A stretch of DNA of 64,000 bases from Microgenomates group bacterium Gr01-1014_5 (GTDB taxonomy: Bacteria; Patescibacteriota; Microgenomatia; UBA8517; UBA10165): assembly GCA_007376395.1 (NCBI GenBank), contig VMGE01000007.1:8037-72036 (forward strand). Reading direction: 5' to 3'. Under the pieces are notes generated by a model. That model saw only the letters and a list, made by a program, of their open reading frames with translations, made no database searches and was not told the origin of the DNA. Made by a program: the position numbers and the translations under genes. Positions 43,908 through 58,900 of the stretch are shown in pieces (the first letter of the stretch is position 1; each line of letters opens with the position of its first letter).

Positions 43908-46900
43908 ATGAGTAACCTGCCCAACATTAGCCCTGAGCTCCTTGCTAAATATCAAAGCGAGATAGAGAACCTGCATTCTTCTGCTACAATCCGCCGCAAA
44001 ATGTCCTCCCTTGGCCGCTTTCTGCGCTGGGGAAGCGCTAACGGCCACTTCCCCTCGGCAGCTGCCGGCGTGGTTGTGGTTTCTCCTTCCACTGGCGAAA
44101 CAACCTTTACTCCCCCGATTAAAGACGTGGAAAGTTTTGTCAAAGAGGCTGGAAACCAGGCAACCCGGAAACCAGGCAACCCGACAACCGGAAAAGCTGA
44201 GTTTTGGTGGGAAAAGAATCAGGGGGTCGGAAAACTTAGCACTTCAGAGAATCAGCAGAATGGGTCTGGAAATCAGGGTGTCGGCTTTTCTGCCAAAGCC
44301 TATTTCAAGGTTGGCTTATTCACACTCACCGGCCTTACGGCGGTCGCGCTCGCTTTTTTCCTTCTCAAAGAACTTCCCAAGGGCAATAAGTCGGTATTTG
44401 TGGCGCTCTCCGGGTTTGCGCAAGGACTGCTCGGGGTGTCGGAAGGTCAGAATACCAGTGATTCCGGCGGTCAGGAAACCAGTACTTCAGGAAATCAGGA
44501 CACCGGCACTTCTGATACACCGGCTGACGGATCCACCGATACACCGACTACTGACACCCAGACCTCCGATACCCTCACCGCACGCATCCTTAATTTAATC
44601 GGTAGCGATCCCCTCATTCGAGCGCTAGGTGGTCCCCTTCTGCTAAACAGTCTTGGTATCACTCTCAAAACCGATACAGGCTCGGACGGAAACATCACCT
44701 TAGCTCCAGATGGCGAAGGTCAAGTACTCCTTCGTTCCTCTACAACAAGCAAAGATTCGTTTTCAGTGACCAACTCTAACCTGACATCTGGTAACCTGAT
44801 CTCTGGTTTAGTAGGTCATGATGGATCAAACTATAACCTTTTTTCCCTTTCTTCCGGTTCTGAACCTGTAGAACGATTTACGGTTGATTCACACGGAAAC
44901 ACAGTTATTGGAGGGACAGTACAAACCGGAGGACAACTTACCTCCCCTTCGGTCGTTACCCAGCAACTGTCGGTTGAGCGCGATATCAGTCTCACCGGCA
45001 ATCTGCTAGTCGGAGGCGTAACCCGTTTGAATTCTGCCGGCCGACTTGCTTCTATCACGGGCTTCTACCAAGATTCAGGATTATTTGAAATTGACCAAGG
45101 CTCGGCCGACTCTGCCCGGATTACCAAATATCCAACTGCCGCCCAAGGCCCGTCAACTGCCGACTCTGTCACTTACAAAGTCGATGAATCCCGCACCACC
45201 AATTCTGCCTACGACACGCTTGTCCTCTACCGCACAGGCGGAACTTCATCGGCCTACGCTTTGGATATCAGAGACGGCAACTTGCATGTTGCCGACAACT
45301 CTACTTTTGACGGAGACGTAACCGTCAGCGGTACGCTCACGGCCAACATCAACAGCAGTACCCTTACTGCCGGAGCGCTTACTGTTACCGGCAACACTAC
45401 CATGGGCGGAGATTTGGCTATCAATGGCGGGGATTTAACTTCAACAGCCTCAACCTTTAACTTTTTAACTTCAAACGCAACAACTGTCAACCTCGCAACA
45501 GCCGCAACTTCGTTATCAGTCGGGGCCTCAACCGGAACTACTACTGTCAACAACGCACTCACCGTTACCGGAGCTTTTACCGCCAACGGACCGGTTTCCT
45601 TGGGCGATGGCGACGACACAGTCACCATCAACGGCACGACTTTTACCTCAACCGAAACCTCCCCGATTACTTTTAACATCGCCGACGGTATCGTTGACGC
45701 CTGGGATTTGCAGGAAGGCACGCGGAACTATATCAATGTCAATACTACTAATACGTCTGAGGCTGTGCAATTTGGCAACGCTACCACTAATCCCAGCTTC
45801 GGATTTTTAGGAACAGGCGCGGTAACCATAGCAGGATCTGCTGAAGGAACGAACGCACTTGTGATAACCGCCGGTGACATCACGGCAACTGCCGGAGATA
45901 TTAACTTAAACTCCTCAACTCCTGACATTAAAACGAGCGCCACCGGCACTGGCTCACTCTTCAACGCAAACTTAACTACCCTCAACATTGGCGGGGCCCT
46001 AACCACTCTCAATATCGCTGATTCAACCACTACCAAAACTATTGACATCGGCGGAGTGACAGCCTCTGGAACTGACACCATAAATGTCGCGACAGAAGGA
46101 ACACTAGCCGACGTCATCACCATAGGCAACACCAACGCCTCAACGACTCTAGCCCTCACCGGCGGGGATGACTGGAATCTAGCGGCAACTGGTGTACTTA
46201 CGCTCTCTGCATCGGCAGCTCAGACAACAGCCATAGTTATCACCGATACTGACTACACCAATGCCTTATCAATTGCCGACAATAACATCACTGGCACTAC
46301 CTACTCGCTTATCGGCACTGCAGCCTCTATTGATTTCTCAGAGTTTGATGTGTCTGCCTCAACCGGAAGCGTAACAATTAATGACACAGCAGATGCCGGA
46401 GCGTTCTTGGTCGAAGGCACAAATTTAGACATCAATTCTCTTGACTTTGTTGCCGCTGGAACAATCACAGCAGCCTCCGGACAGGGTCTAACCCTGTCAA
46501 CGACAAGTGCAGATATAGCTTTGACAACCGCTACTTCTGGCAATATCAACCTAACAACTGGTGCTGCCACGGGTTTAGCCAACATTCTTACAGGAAATTT
46601 AAAGGTGGGTAATGGGACGCCAACTGTTTCTTTGGACGGAGAAGATGCCTATGTTGAAGGGACGCTTGAAGTTGATGGAGCAACGACTTTAGATGGCGCC
46701 CTCACTGTTGCAGGAACTTTAACCGCTAATGGAACAGTTGCAATTGGCGACGGCGGAGACGCGATTACATTAAGCGGAACAACAATTACTTTAACTGCCA
46801 ATACTTCAGGCAATGATATTACCTTAAACCTGACAGATAACAATGCCGATGCGTTAGATATCCAGGAAGGGGCCAACAACTACCTCAATGTTGGAACTTT

Positions 46901-49900
46901 AGACGCGGGAGCCACCATGGTGTTTGGAAACGCAACTACCAACCCAACCTTTGGCTTTCTTGGCACCGGTCTCATCACCATAGCCGGAGCAGGAGCTGAA
47001 ACCAACTCTCTCACCCTTACAACAGGAAACATTACCTTAACTGATGGAGACCTTACTCTCTCAGGTGGTGAAATCTCCGCCACGGCGGATGATACGACAG
47101 GAACTTCCTTTTCGTTTACAGGAGTCAACACCACAGGCGACACCCTTGGGGTGACCGCTAATTCTCTAAGTTCTGGAAATGCTTTAAACATTGGGGTTAA
47201 CTCAACAGGAGCAGCTTCCAATACCCAAAAAGGATTAAACATTGCGCTGTCAGGAACTAACAGCACAACAACTCAAACAACGTACGGCGCACATATCTCC
47301 AACACCCATGCTGGTACTCTATCAACCAATGTAGGCCTGTATGCCACTGCCACAGGCGGAACCACTGCAAACTATGCTGCTATATTTGAAGCTGGTAATG
47401 TTGGGATTGGCGACACCACTCCAGATGCCTTTCTGGAAGTCTTAGGAATCACGGAACAGTTAAGACTGACTTACACTGACGGGACTGTTGACTCCAGATT
47501 TACTGTTGATTCTTCAGGTAATTTAACAATTAATCAAACAGGTACGGCTGGATATGTCCGTATCGGAGACTCTGGTACTCCTGGAGTTGCAACAGGAGAT
47601 GATGATTTGTATGTTGAGGGAGATTTAGAAGCAGATGGGACATTGACTGTAGCAGGAGCAGCAACATTTGCATCTTCTGGTTCGTTTGACTCCCTCACTG
47701 TTGGTGGAGGGTATGGGGCAACTGGGGTAACAATTAGCAATGCTGGAGCAATCTCTGCTAATGGGGCTTTAATTGTTGACTCTACTTCCCTGCTTACCGG
47801 AGCAGTCACCATCACCGGTGTTGCGGAAGGAACCGCTTCTCTCACTCAAACTCTGGGAGACCATGTTATTACTGATGGAGACCTTACTCTCTCAGGTGGT
47901 GAAATCTCCGCCACGGCGGATGACGCAACAGGGACAAGCTTCTCCTTTACAGGAGTAAGTACAACTGGCGATACTCTTGGTATAACGGCTAATTCTTTAA
48001 CGTCAGGAACAGCGTTAACTATTGCTTCTACGGGAACTGCTTTCAACGGCGAACTCTTAACCTTGAGCAAGACAGGCGCTTCAGGTTCAACCGCTTTCAC
48101 TTCAGATATAGCCAATGTTACCTATTCTCAAACCTTTAATGGCGGGGTTGGCCTTGCCTCAACAGGAAATGTCCTGGATGTTTCTCGCGCGATCATCCTG
48201 GACAACGCAGGTAACACCCACACCATCTCGGGAGCTTTAGTTGCTCTGTCTTCAAATGGAACCCAAACCGCGGGAACGTTAACTGATACGGCAAATGTCC
48301 TCTCACTAACTCAGTCTTACGCTTCCGCAACAGGAGCAGTACTTTCCTTTGCTAATTCCGGAGCTGGAGTTGATATCTTGGGAACTTCTTCTACCTGGCA
48401 GGTAACCAAAGCAGGAGCTGGAACCTTTGCTTCCCTCTCAACCGGTGCTGGAGCAATCTCTGGAGGAGCAGGAAGCTTTACCACCTTAACTTCATCTGGA
48501 GCATCAACTATTGGGACTGGATCTTCTTTGACCAACACCTTTGGATCTGGGGCTTCTTCAATAAACACCATTGGAGCAGTTACTACCCCGGGAGCGCTCA
48601 CTTTGCACGGGGCAACTACCTTGGACAATACCTTTACTGTTTCAGGCAGTAACTTAACCTCACTGGGCGGAAACCTAACCGTAACAGGAACTGCCTGGAC
48701 AGCTACCCCTACTATCTCAGGACTGATTACTGCTACTTCAGGATTGACTGCAAATGGAACACTCACTGCCAATACTGATGTAGACTTTGTTTTCGCTTCT
48801 ACTGAGAACTTTACCATTGCCAATACTACAGCAGGAGCAGGAGATGTGTTGGGATTATCATTTACTTCTGCCAACTCAACAGATGGAATTGACATAGCTT
48901 TTACCGACACAGCCGACGCGGCAGCAGACACGATTTCCGGATTAAATATCTCTTTAACTTCGGCAGCTGACGCCAACGATACACTTTCTGCAATAAACAT
49001 TGCCGCATTGACCGGAAACACTGCTTTGGAATATGCGATAAACATCGGTTCTGGTTGGGATACGGATATTAACGCTACTACAAGTCTTGAAATAGGTATT
49101 GGCGGGACAAATGAATTAACTCTCACTACTACAGCTTTCTCTCCTTCAACCAGTGATGGCAGTGCTTTAGGAACCGGCTCTCTCATGTGGTCTGATTTGT
49201 TCTTGGCTAACCTCTCTGTCATCAACTTTAACAATGGAGATGTAACTATTACCCATGCGACAGACGCTCTGACTATAGCTGGCGGAGCAGTAACCATCAC
49301 AGGTGTTGCCGAAGGAACAGCTTCTCTTACCCAAACTCTTGGGGATCATGTGATTACCGATGGAGATTTGACTCTTTCTGGCGGTGAAATCTCCGCCACG
49401 GCGGACGACGCGACTGGCACCAACTTCTCTTTCACCACAGGCGGACTCACCACCGGAACAGGACTTGGAGTTAGTACGACCGCGTCTGCTTCTACTGCCT
49501 TTACTGGCGACACTCTATCTGTATCTCTATCTCAGAACTGGACAGCTGCCTCCTCCCCTACCAATACTGGAAATATTCTTGACCTTTCCCGCGCACTTAC
49601 TGTTGGTGTAGCAGGCCAAACTGTCACCCAGTCCGGAGCTTTAGCCAAGCTCTCCTCTTCCGGAACTGAAACAACAGGAGACATTGCCGATTCTTCCAAT
49701 ATCTTGCTTTTAGAACAAAATTGCGGAACCGGTGTTACTTGCTCGGGAGCAGTTTTAAAAATTACCAATTCCGGCACAGGAGCCGATATTGCTCTTAAAA
49801 ACGATGAAACAATTTCAAATTCAACTAACGGCACAATTGCCTTTGGCGCAGATAAATTAACTCTTGCAACTGCCGCAGTTGGTGGAAACCTAGTAACTGC

Positions 49901-52900
49901 AAATTATGCGGGTGCGGCAACCCAAACTTCAGCCCTTTTTGGCTTAAATTTTGACATCTCAACTAACGTTACGGTCCCTAACACTGCTTCAGGCAACCAA
50001 ACCGGGCTTTCCTTAACTGTAAAAGACGGCGGATCCTCGGCAACTGCAATAGGCGTAAATCTTGCAGGAACTTTTGACCGGGGATTAGACTTTTCAAGTT
50101 CTACTATTTCTTCCGGAGGCTCAATAATCTTTAACGACACCTCCTCAACTATTGATTTAGCTGCGGTTGCCGATAATGTTTTGGAAATTACCAATTCTTT
50201 GGGCACAACGGCCAATGACAATCTGATCACTCTGGAGATTGACGCAAACACCGATGCTTCAGACAAGATCTTATTGCGTGTTGTCTCTGAGGTTGGAGGC
50301 GTAGAACAAACTAAATTCTCGGTCGACTCAGACGGAGACGTGATAGCTGGTGGTACATTCTCTGCTGTAGAAATTAACTGTACAGACTGTTTGGATTTTA
50401 CAGACCTTGAAGACACGCTCGACCTTGACGCGGCACTGGTCCTTAACCAAACCACTAACACTTGGTCCCAAACCTTTACCGGGGACACAACTGTTGGTCT
50501 TACTTACACCGCAAACTCCCTGACAACCGGCACTGCAGTTCGCCTGACTTCCTCCGGGACTATCACTACAGGAGGAGAAATTCTGGATTTGGTTGGAAAT
50601 GGGATAACGACCGGAAATTTAGTAACCGGCAGTACAACTGCCCTTACTTCCGGCTCAGCTTTATCCCTAACTGGACCATCAGCAGCAACTGTCGGCATAA
50701 CCGGCTCTTTTGTCAATCTCACATCTGATGTGGGAGCCTCGGGCAAGGTTTTAAGTTCAACTGCAACTATTGACTCTACGGGTGTCGGGGCAGAAGCCTA
50801 CAACCTTTATGCGGCAACTACCAACTCAAATTCCACAAATACAAATACCGTCAACGGCATTTACTCTACTCTAACTGACGCGGTTGCTCTAGGAAATACT
50901 AATTACGGTATCCGCTCTGTGTTAAGTAATACCGGAGCAAATACAGCAGGAACTAAAAAAGCATATGGTCTCTATTCAAACGTAACTAACACCTCAGCAG
51001 GTATTGGAGGGTCTGCAGAGACCTATGGCGGATATTTTAGTGTTACCCCTGATACCGCAGGTTCAGCAACAGCTTATGGTTTGTACGTAACTACTACCGC
51101 GGCGGCAGATACGTCTTATGGTATTGATATAGAAGGAGCCGGTAATTTTACTTATGATATAGATCTCCAGTATGACGAGACTATTTCCAACGCCACAGAC
51201 GGCACAATTGCCTTTGGTGTTGGCGGATCGGCAGAAGTTAATTTAACAGCAACTGATCTTTCTCCCGCCGTCAGTGACGGTAATGCTCTTGGTACCACAG
51301 CCCTGATGTGGTCTGACCTCTTCTTGGCAAACCTCTCTGTCGTCAACTTTAACAATGGCGATGTGACACTAACCCATTCAACTGACCTTCTGACAATTGC
51401 AGGGGGTGGGGTAACTTTTGATGGCGCAGTCACTGCCAATACAGATGTTGATTTTGTGTTTGCCGGAAATGAGAATGCGACTATTACGAATACTACTAAT
51501 ACTCTGGGAGCTTCCGGAATGCTAGACCTTGCTTCAACTGGTTCTACCACAGATACCAGAACCCTTGATCTTTCGACAACCTTTAGCTCAACAGGAGCTA
51601 CTACGTCGTATGGGCTATACAATGCCTGGACATCAAGCGCAGTAGTAACAGGAGCGTCTGTTTCCCAAACCGCGTATGGGAGTTACAACACTGCTGCCAA
51701 AACAGGAGCAGACGATGCGACGGGAACATATACTCTCTACGGCACTTACAATACTGCTTCAAATACAGGCAGAACAGCAGTGGGAACAGTGAATACGTAT
51801 GGGGGGTACTTCTCGGCAACAGGAGATACCGCAGGAACCTCAAGTACCTACGGTCTCTACTCCATTGCCTTATCAGGAGACACGGGTTATGGATTATATA
51901 TTGGTGATGGGACTGCCACAACAGACTATGGTATCTACCAATCAGCCACAACAGATGACAACTACTTTGCAGGCAATGTCGGCATCGGCGATACCACTCC
52001 CGACGCGTTATTGGAAATAAACCAAGGCGATATGTTTTTCTATGGAAATACTCACGGAGCGGCTGCAGGAACAGACTATAACGCATTTAATAATGGTATT
52101 GCATTTATTGATGGTAATAGTGGAACGGGAGCAGGAAATTACTCCTCGCTCATAACAGGCGTCGCAAATGGAACATGGGGTGCAGATCTGCAATTTATTA
52201 CAAGAGCGGCGGCCGGCGGAGCTGCAACTGAAAAGATGAGAATAAGAGCAGATGGCAATGTTGGCATCGGTGACACAACGCCTGCGGCTCTTTTTACCGT
52301 CGGCAATACCGATCTCTTCCAAGTATCCTCAACCGGAGGCGCGGTAACTATCGCTGGCGTTGCAGAGGGCACTGCCTCTCTTACCCAAACTCTGGGAGAT
52401 CATGTAATTACCGATGGAGATTTGACTCTTTCAGGTGGAGAAATTGCCGCTACTTCAGATGATGCCACCGGAACCAATTTCAGCTTTACCACAGGCGCGC
52501 TTTCCACAGGTCTTGGAATAGGAATTGTTTCAACTTCTCAAGCCATAACTTCCGGAGGACTCTTGTCTGGCACTCTCACCTCTTCTTCTGCTACTGGTTC
52601 GTTTAGTGGTGACATTGGCCTGCTTTCAACTTCCCGAACTAACGCTACAGCTTTGCAAACACTAACTGACTCTGGGAATATATTAGACTTGGGAAGAACC
52701 ACTATTACCAACCATGCAAGCGCCACTACTAATGTCACAGGTTCAATCCTTAACATTTCCAATATCGCAACCCAAACTCTGGGAACACTTACCGACTCTG
52801 CTAACTTGGTTGTTGTTACCCAGGACGCAGATGCAACAGGAGCTCTACTCCACCTTGTTTCAAATAGAAGCTCTACCAACTACTCGCTGTTAATCGAGCA

Positions 52901-55900
52901 AACAAGCGGCGGGACAGATACGCTTTCTTTAACTGACGCAGGCAATTTGGCAATTCTTGGAGATTTAACCATTACAGGAGGCAATATCACTTCAGCCCTA
53001 ACTCTTGATTCAACTTTAACAGTTACAGGAACAACAACACTCAACGGCATAGCTAATATAGGCGACGGGGGCGACGCGATAACGCTTTCCGGAACGACAA
53101 TTACTTTAACTGCTAATGGGGTTGGAAATGATATAACCTTTAACTTGGTTGACAATAATGCCGATGCGCTGGATATTCAGGAAAGTACAAACAATTACAT
53201 TAATATTGGAACCTTAGACGCAGGCGCGGCTATGGTATTTGGAAACGCAGGCACCAATCCTACTTATTCTTTCTCGGGCAGTGGCGCGGTAACAATTACA
53301 GGTTCTGCGGAAGGCACTGCCTCTCTTACCCAAACAACTGGCGATCACGTAATCACTGACGGAGATTTAACTTTATCCAGTGGTGAAATTACAGCTACCA
53401 GCGACGATACAACAGGAACCTCTTTCTCGTTTTCCGGCACTAACCAATCAGGAGATCTCATGGGGATCACCGCAAATTCCCTCACAACAGGGACAGCCTT
53501 GTCCCTGTCCTCTACCTCTACCGCAGGAGGAGCTTCCGGTGTATCAAAAATGATCGATATAAATCGAACCGGTACAAATGCTCAACTTGCCCATACCGCT
53601 TACGGCATTTACTCTGCGGTATCCACCGGCAACGTCACCAGTGGAACTAACATCGCGGGTTATTTCTCGGCAAGTAACGCAACCACAGCCAACTATGGAT
53701 TGATTGTTGAAAATGGCAGTGTGGGTATTGGGATAACCGCACCAGCAACCACCTTAGACATAGACTCAAACAGCAATACTCAAAACTTAAGGCTAAGGGG
53801 TACTGCGGGAACAACCGAAATTGCAGATATGTTTATCAGAGCATCTGGAGCCTTGGTCTTGGGAACAGAAAACACAGGAGCGGCGCTAGCATACGTTGAA
53901 ATAGATCCTGAAGACAATGAGTACGGACTTATTTTAAGAGATTCTAATACAGGGGCAGGTACTAGCGCAACTTACGCCAACCTTTATACCACCGACGCAA
54001 CTGTTGATTACTTAAATATTGTGGTTGGCGCAACAACTGCTACAGCAGGGCTGGTAATTGATGATGATAATCAAGTCGGTATAAATACCGTAACTCCTGA
54101 ATTTCCACTTGATGTCTACACTGCTACCGATGTCTATGCAGTTGCATTCGGAGACAACACAAGTAGTAATTCCAACCTTCGAATCGCTGGTACGGCTGGT
54201 GGAGCTACTGGATATGGGTTAATTCAAATGTTCCAAGGCAACACAACGGGGGGAAACTTGGTACTCCAAAGTGCTGCTGGAAGTGTCGGTATCGGCACAA
54301 CTGCTCCGGATGCGGCACTGGAAATAAACCATGCAACTGGGGATTCTTTAAGATTGACATACAATGATTCAAACGGAACGGCTGCCAATTACACTGACTT
54401 CTCTCTCTCCTCCACCGGAGCATTGACTTTGACAGGTAGCGCGGCGACTCTTGGAGCCAGCGCAACAGCAGAAAAAACTTTCTTCACCTTAACTCCTGGG
54501 ACTATTACACTCACTGCTCCAACTGCCGTAACCTCCCTCATGGAAACGGCAGTTATTACCGGATCAACTATTGCCGCTTCTGCGGCAACCACCGTTAATA
54601 ACGCGGCAGGTCTTTCCATCTCTGCTCCCATAGATAGTACCAATGCTACCCTCACCACTTCCTCTGCTCTAAGAATTTTAGATATCACTTCAGGAGCAGG
54701 AACATTAACAACTCAATATGGAATTTATATAGATGCCCCAACCGGCGGAGCCACCTCAAATATTGGCCTCTACAACGCAGGGACGACCACACTGGTGGGA
54801 GCGGTTACCAATGCTGGTGGAATCTCCGGAGGAGCAGGTAGCTTTACAACTCTTGCTGCTTCTTCAACTTTAGCCGTAACCGGAGATACCACTCTAACAG
54901 GAGATTTAGCAGTCAATGGCGGAGATTTAACAACAACGGCCACAACATTTAATTTATTAAACGCAATGACCGGCACGCTCAATTTCGGGGGTGGAGTTGA
55001 CACTGTAAATATTGGCGCGGCGGGCGGAGCGGCGACAACTATAAACGTTGTAGGTGCGGTGGCGTTTAGTGGGTCAACAGGTGTTGGTCTTTCTATCGCA
55101 ACTGGTGGCCTCACCGTCACTGCTGGCGGGGCAACAATTACGGCTGGAAATTTGGGAATTGGAGTAGCAGTAAACACAGCTATTAGCGCCCGAGCGAATT
55201 CAACAGCCCTTCTCACTGCCGACCAGATTGGTTTTTACTCCGACCCGATTTTCACAACTGCGGCAACAACAAAAGGAGCTGGTTTTCTCTCATCCTTTAG
55301 AACAGCAGGTTCTACAACCATGACTGATGGGTATGGATATCTCGTAGAAAGCCCCGCTATTGGAGCTCTTTCTGCTATCACCAACTTCTATGGCGTTTAT
55401 GTAAAGAATCAAAACAGTGCCCTGATAACCAATGCTTATGGTGTCTACATTGCAGCACAAACAACGGCCGTCACCACCAACATCGGCCTCTACAATGCAG
55501 GGACAACGACTTTGGTGGGGGCGACCTACATCAACGACACATCAAATGCCAACTCCACCACAGGCCTCACCATCAACCAAGGAGCAAGTGATGATCAAAT
55601 TTTTGCACTGAAATCATCTGATGTTCTTCATGGAATGACAGCCGTTGTGGAAACGGATACGTTCGCAGCATTCTATAAGACAAGCGCTGGTGGCGGTGGA
55701 CTAGAAATAGATTCAACAACTGACGCAGATACCGAGGCCAATCGACCGGCATTTCTTGTACAAGCAACGTCGGGTGTGGCCGCAGATACTACCAAAACAA
55801 CCTCTGGACGTGGAGTCTTTGAAATCCGATCTGGTCTAGTTTCCGGAACTGGTCGCGCTGATGTCGGAACGAATGGCAGCCTTATGGCTGTACTCAATAA

Positions 55901-58900
55901 CGCCACAGCTCGATTCATCATCGATGCAGAAGGAGATACCTGGCAAGATGGAGATGTTTCTTTAAATGGCGGAGATGTTACCACTGCCGCCACAACCGCC
56001 ACTCTCTTTAACACCACTGCAACTACCCTTTCTCTGGGAGGCGGGGCAACAACTGCTTTGAACTTGGGTAATGGTACCTCTTCTTACACTGCTATCAATC
56101 TCGGCGCAGGAGCAGCAGCAGTCAATGGAATTAACATTGGCGGAACAGGAGCAAATGTTATTGCTATTGGCAATACCCAAACCGCTGGATCTGTGGCTAT
56201 TGGCGCAGCCATGACAGGAGGAACTATCACTATTGGCGGAACAGGATTACAAACAGGAACGATAGCTTTGGGAACAGGCACAGGAGCGCAAGCAATTAAT
56301 TTAGGAACAGGGGGTACAGGAACAAAAACAGTTATCTTGGGGGGATTAGATGGTAACTCTGTCACCACCATAAATTCCGGCGCGGGAGCGATAAATATAG
56401 GCACAGCTATTGGCAAAACTATAAATATTGGTAATATAGGAGTCACTCTTAACGTAACTTCCGGCACGGGCAGTCAAACCTATGCTTCATCAGTTGCCAC
56501 CACCGCTACTACATCTTCTGCCTTTGTCTTTACCGGTAATTCTCTGACCACTGGAACAGGATCATACTTTAATTCATCCTCTCTGACTACAGGAAAATTA
56601 GTTGATATCAATACAGGTTCTGCCAACACCTTCACCACAGGCACATTATTAAATATAGCTTCCACCTCCACTGCTCTGACTTCTGGCAAGTTCTTGAACA
56701 TCTCCAACGGCTCAGACATCTTTACGGTAACCAACACCGACTTTACCACTTCCCTCCCTGCCAACTTCACCTCAGCAGGAGATGTGGGGATAGCATATGA
56801 CATCAATTTCACTAATCCGACGGCTTCATACATCAAATCGCTTGCACCATTATATATACAGGCAGGAGAGAGTTTTGCTTCCCAGGACTTGACTTTGAAA
56901 ACATATAACCAGGGGTCAGTCGTAATTGATAGTTCGGTAACAACAGGAACTGGGGTAAATATGACAAACATCGGCTTAACTACTGGCACTGGTATGCTTC
57001 TTGCACATACCACTTCAGTAATTGCTGCCGGTGGATCACTTGCAAGAATATCATCAACTGGAATTGATACTTCTACCACAACTGGAGTTCTTCTTGATCT
57101 CTCCTCTACTGCCTCTACTGCAGGCACACAATTCCTGCAAACATACTCTGGACTAACTACAGGAATTGGTCAATCAATAGTGGCGAATGCACTGACTACA
57201 GGTGAGGCTTTCATCATTCCTCATACCACCTCGGTTATCGCTGATGGCGGATCATTGGCTAGAATTACCTCTTCCTCGGTGGATACAGGGGGTGCAACAA
57301 ATGGAGTACTGCTTGACTTAGCTTCTACCGGGTCAACGGCGGGTACTCAATTCCTGCAGACCTATTCAGCTTTAACTACGGGAATTGGACAGTCTATAGT
57401 AACTAACGCTCTGGCTGGCGGATCAGCGCTTAGTCTTGCCTCCTCCTCTACAGCCTTTACCGGAGATATGATAGCTGTAACGCTCTCGGGATCAAACGCT
57501 GCAAATACAGGAAATCTTCTCGACCTCACCAACTCCGGCACGTCAAACACCAACACAACTGCATATATCAAACACTATGCGACCGGCACAAACAACCTCG
57601 CGTTTAGAATTGATGATGTATCAGGAGACACCACCCCATTTGCCGTTGACGGAACAGGAAGTGTGGGTATTGGAACCACTGCTCCCCAAGGTAACCTAGA
57701 AATATATAACAACACAAATGCCGCCACCACTCCGCTATTTTCTATCCGTTCGGATTTTAACATAATCGGTAACTACGGTATGATCCGTTTTGGAGACTAT
57801 ACCCAAACTACCGCATATCAAAAAGGTGCGATTATCTATGAAAGTGTTTCTGGTGCTGCCAGAGGCAAGTTCCATATTGCCCTAGAAAATACTGATGGCG
57901 CGGGAACCGTGGCTCTCACTGATGCCAGACTTACTGTTTTATCAAGCGGGGCTATAGGTATTAACGACGTAACTCCCGATGCCTTCCTGGAAGTCTTGGG
58001 AACTACTGAACAATTAAGACTGACCTACACCGATGGTACTGTTGATACCAGATTCACGGTGGGATCAGGAGGAGACTTAACCATTGATGCATCAACAGAT
58101 GGATCAGGAAGTGAGACGCTGACCTTGACTGGATTTACTACCCTGACTGCCACTGGCGTTGCAGGTTCCTTTGACTCCCTCACTGTTGGCGGGGGGTATG
58201 GGAGTACGGGAGTAACAATTAGCAATGCGGGGGCGATATCTGCTGATGGTGATGCGATAATCGCCGGAGGTCAGACAACTGTTGGCGCAGGTGGAGCTGG
58301 AGCTATTGGTGTATCTCTTGGAACAACCAGCCTAACTGCCGCGCAATCCTCTGTCCTTAATCTTCAAGGATATGGTCAAGAGAATGAATGGGTTGGTATG
58401 GGTATGTATTACAGCGGGTCTGCTTGGACTGCAGCTGCTATCAGCGCTTTCCAACTCCAACACTCAGGATCTAACTTTCAAATATATGGCGATGCAAGTT
58501 TGACCGTTGGCGGTACTTACACTCCCACACTCAGATTTACAATAGCCGCGGCAACAGGAAATATAACCTCCACAGGAGACCTAGCGCTAAACGGCGGAGA
58601 CTTAACCACCACCGCCACCACTGCCACTTTGTTTGATACTACCGCCACTACCCTTTCTCTGGGAGGAGCTGCGACCACACTATTAAACTTGGGTAATGGT
58701 ACCGGTAACTATACGGCAATCAATTTGGGTTCTAGTACGGGAACCCACACTATCAACATCGCAGGAACAGGAGCAACTGGAATTGATACTATTAATATCG
58801 GTACTGGCGGCACAGCAGCCGATACTATTAACATAGGAAACGGGGCAACCGCCAATACCATCGCTATTGGATCAAGCTCCTCTACCACAGTCTCAATTAC

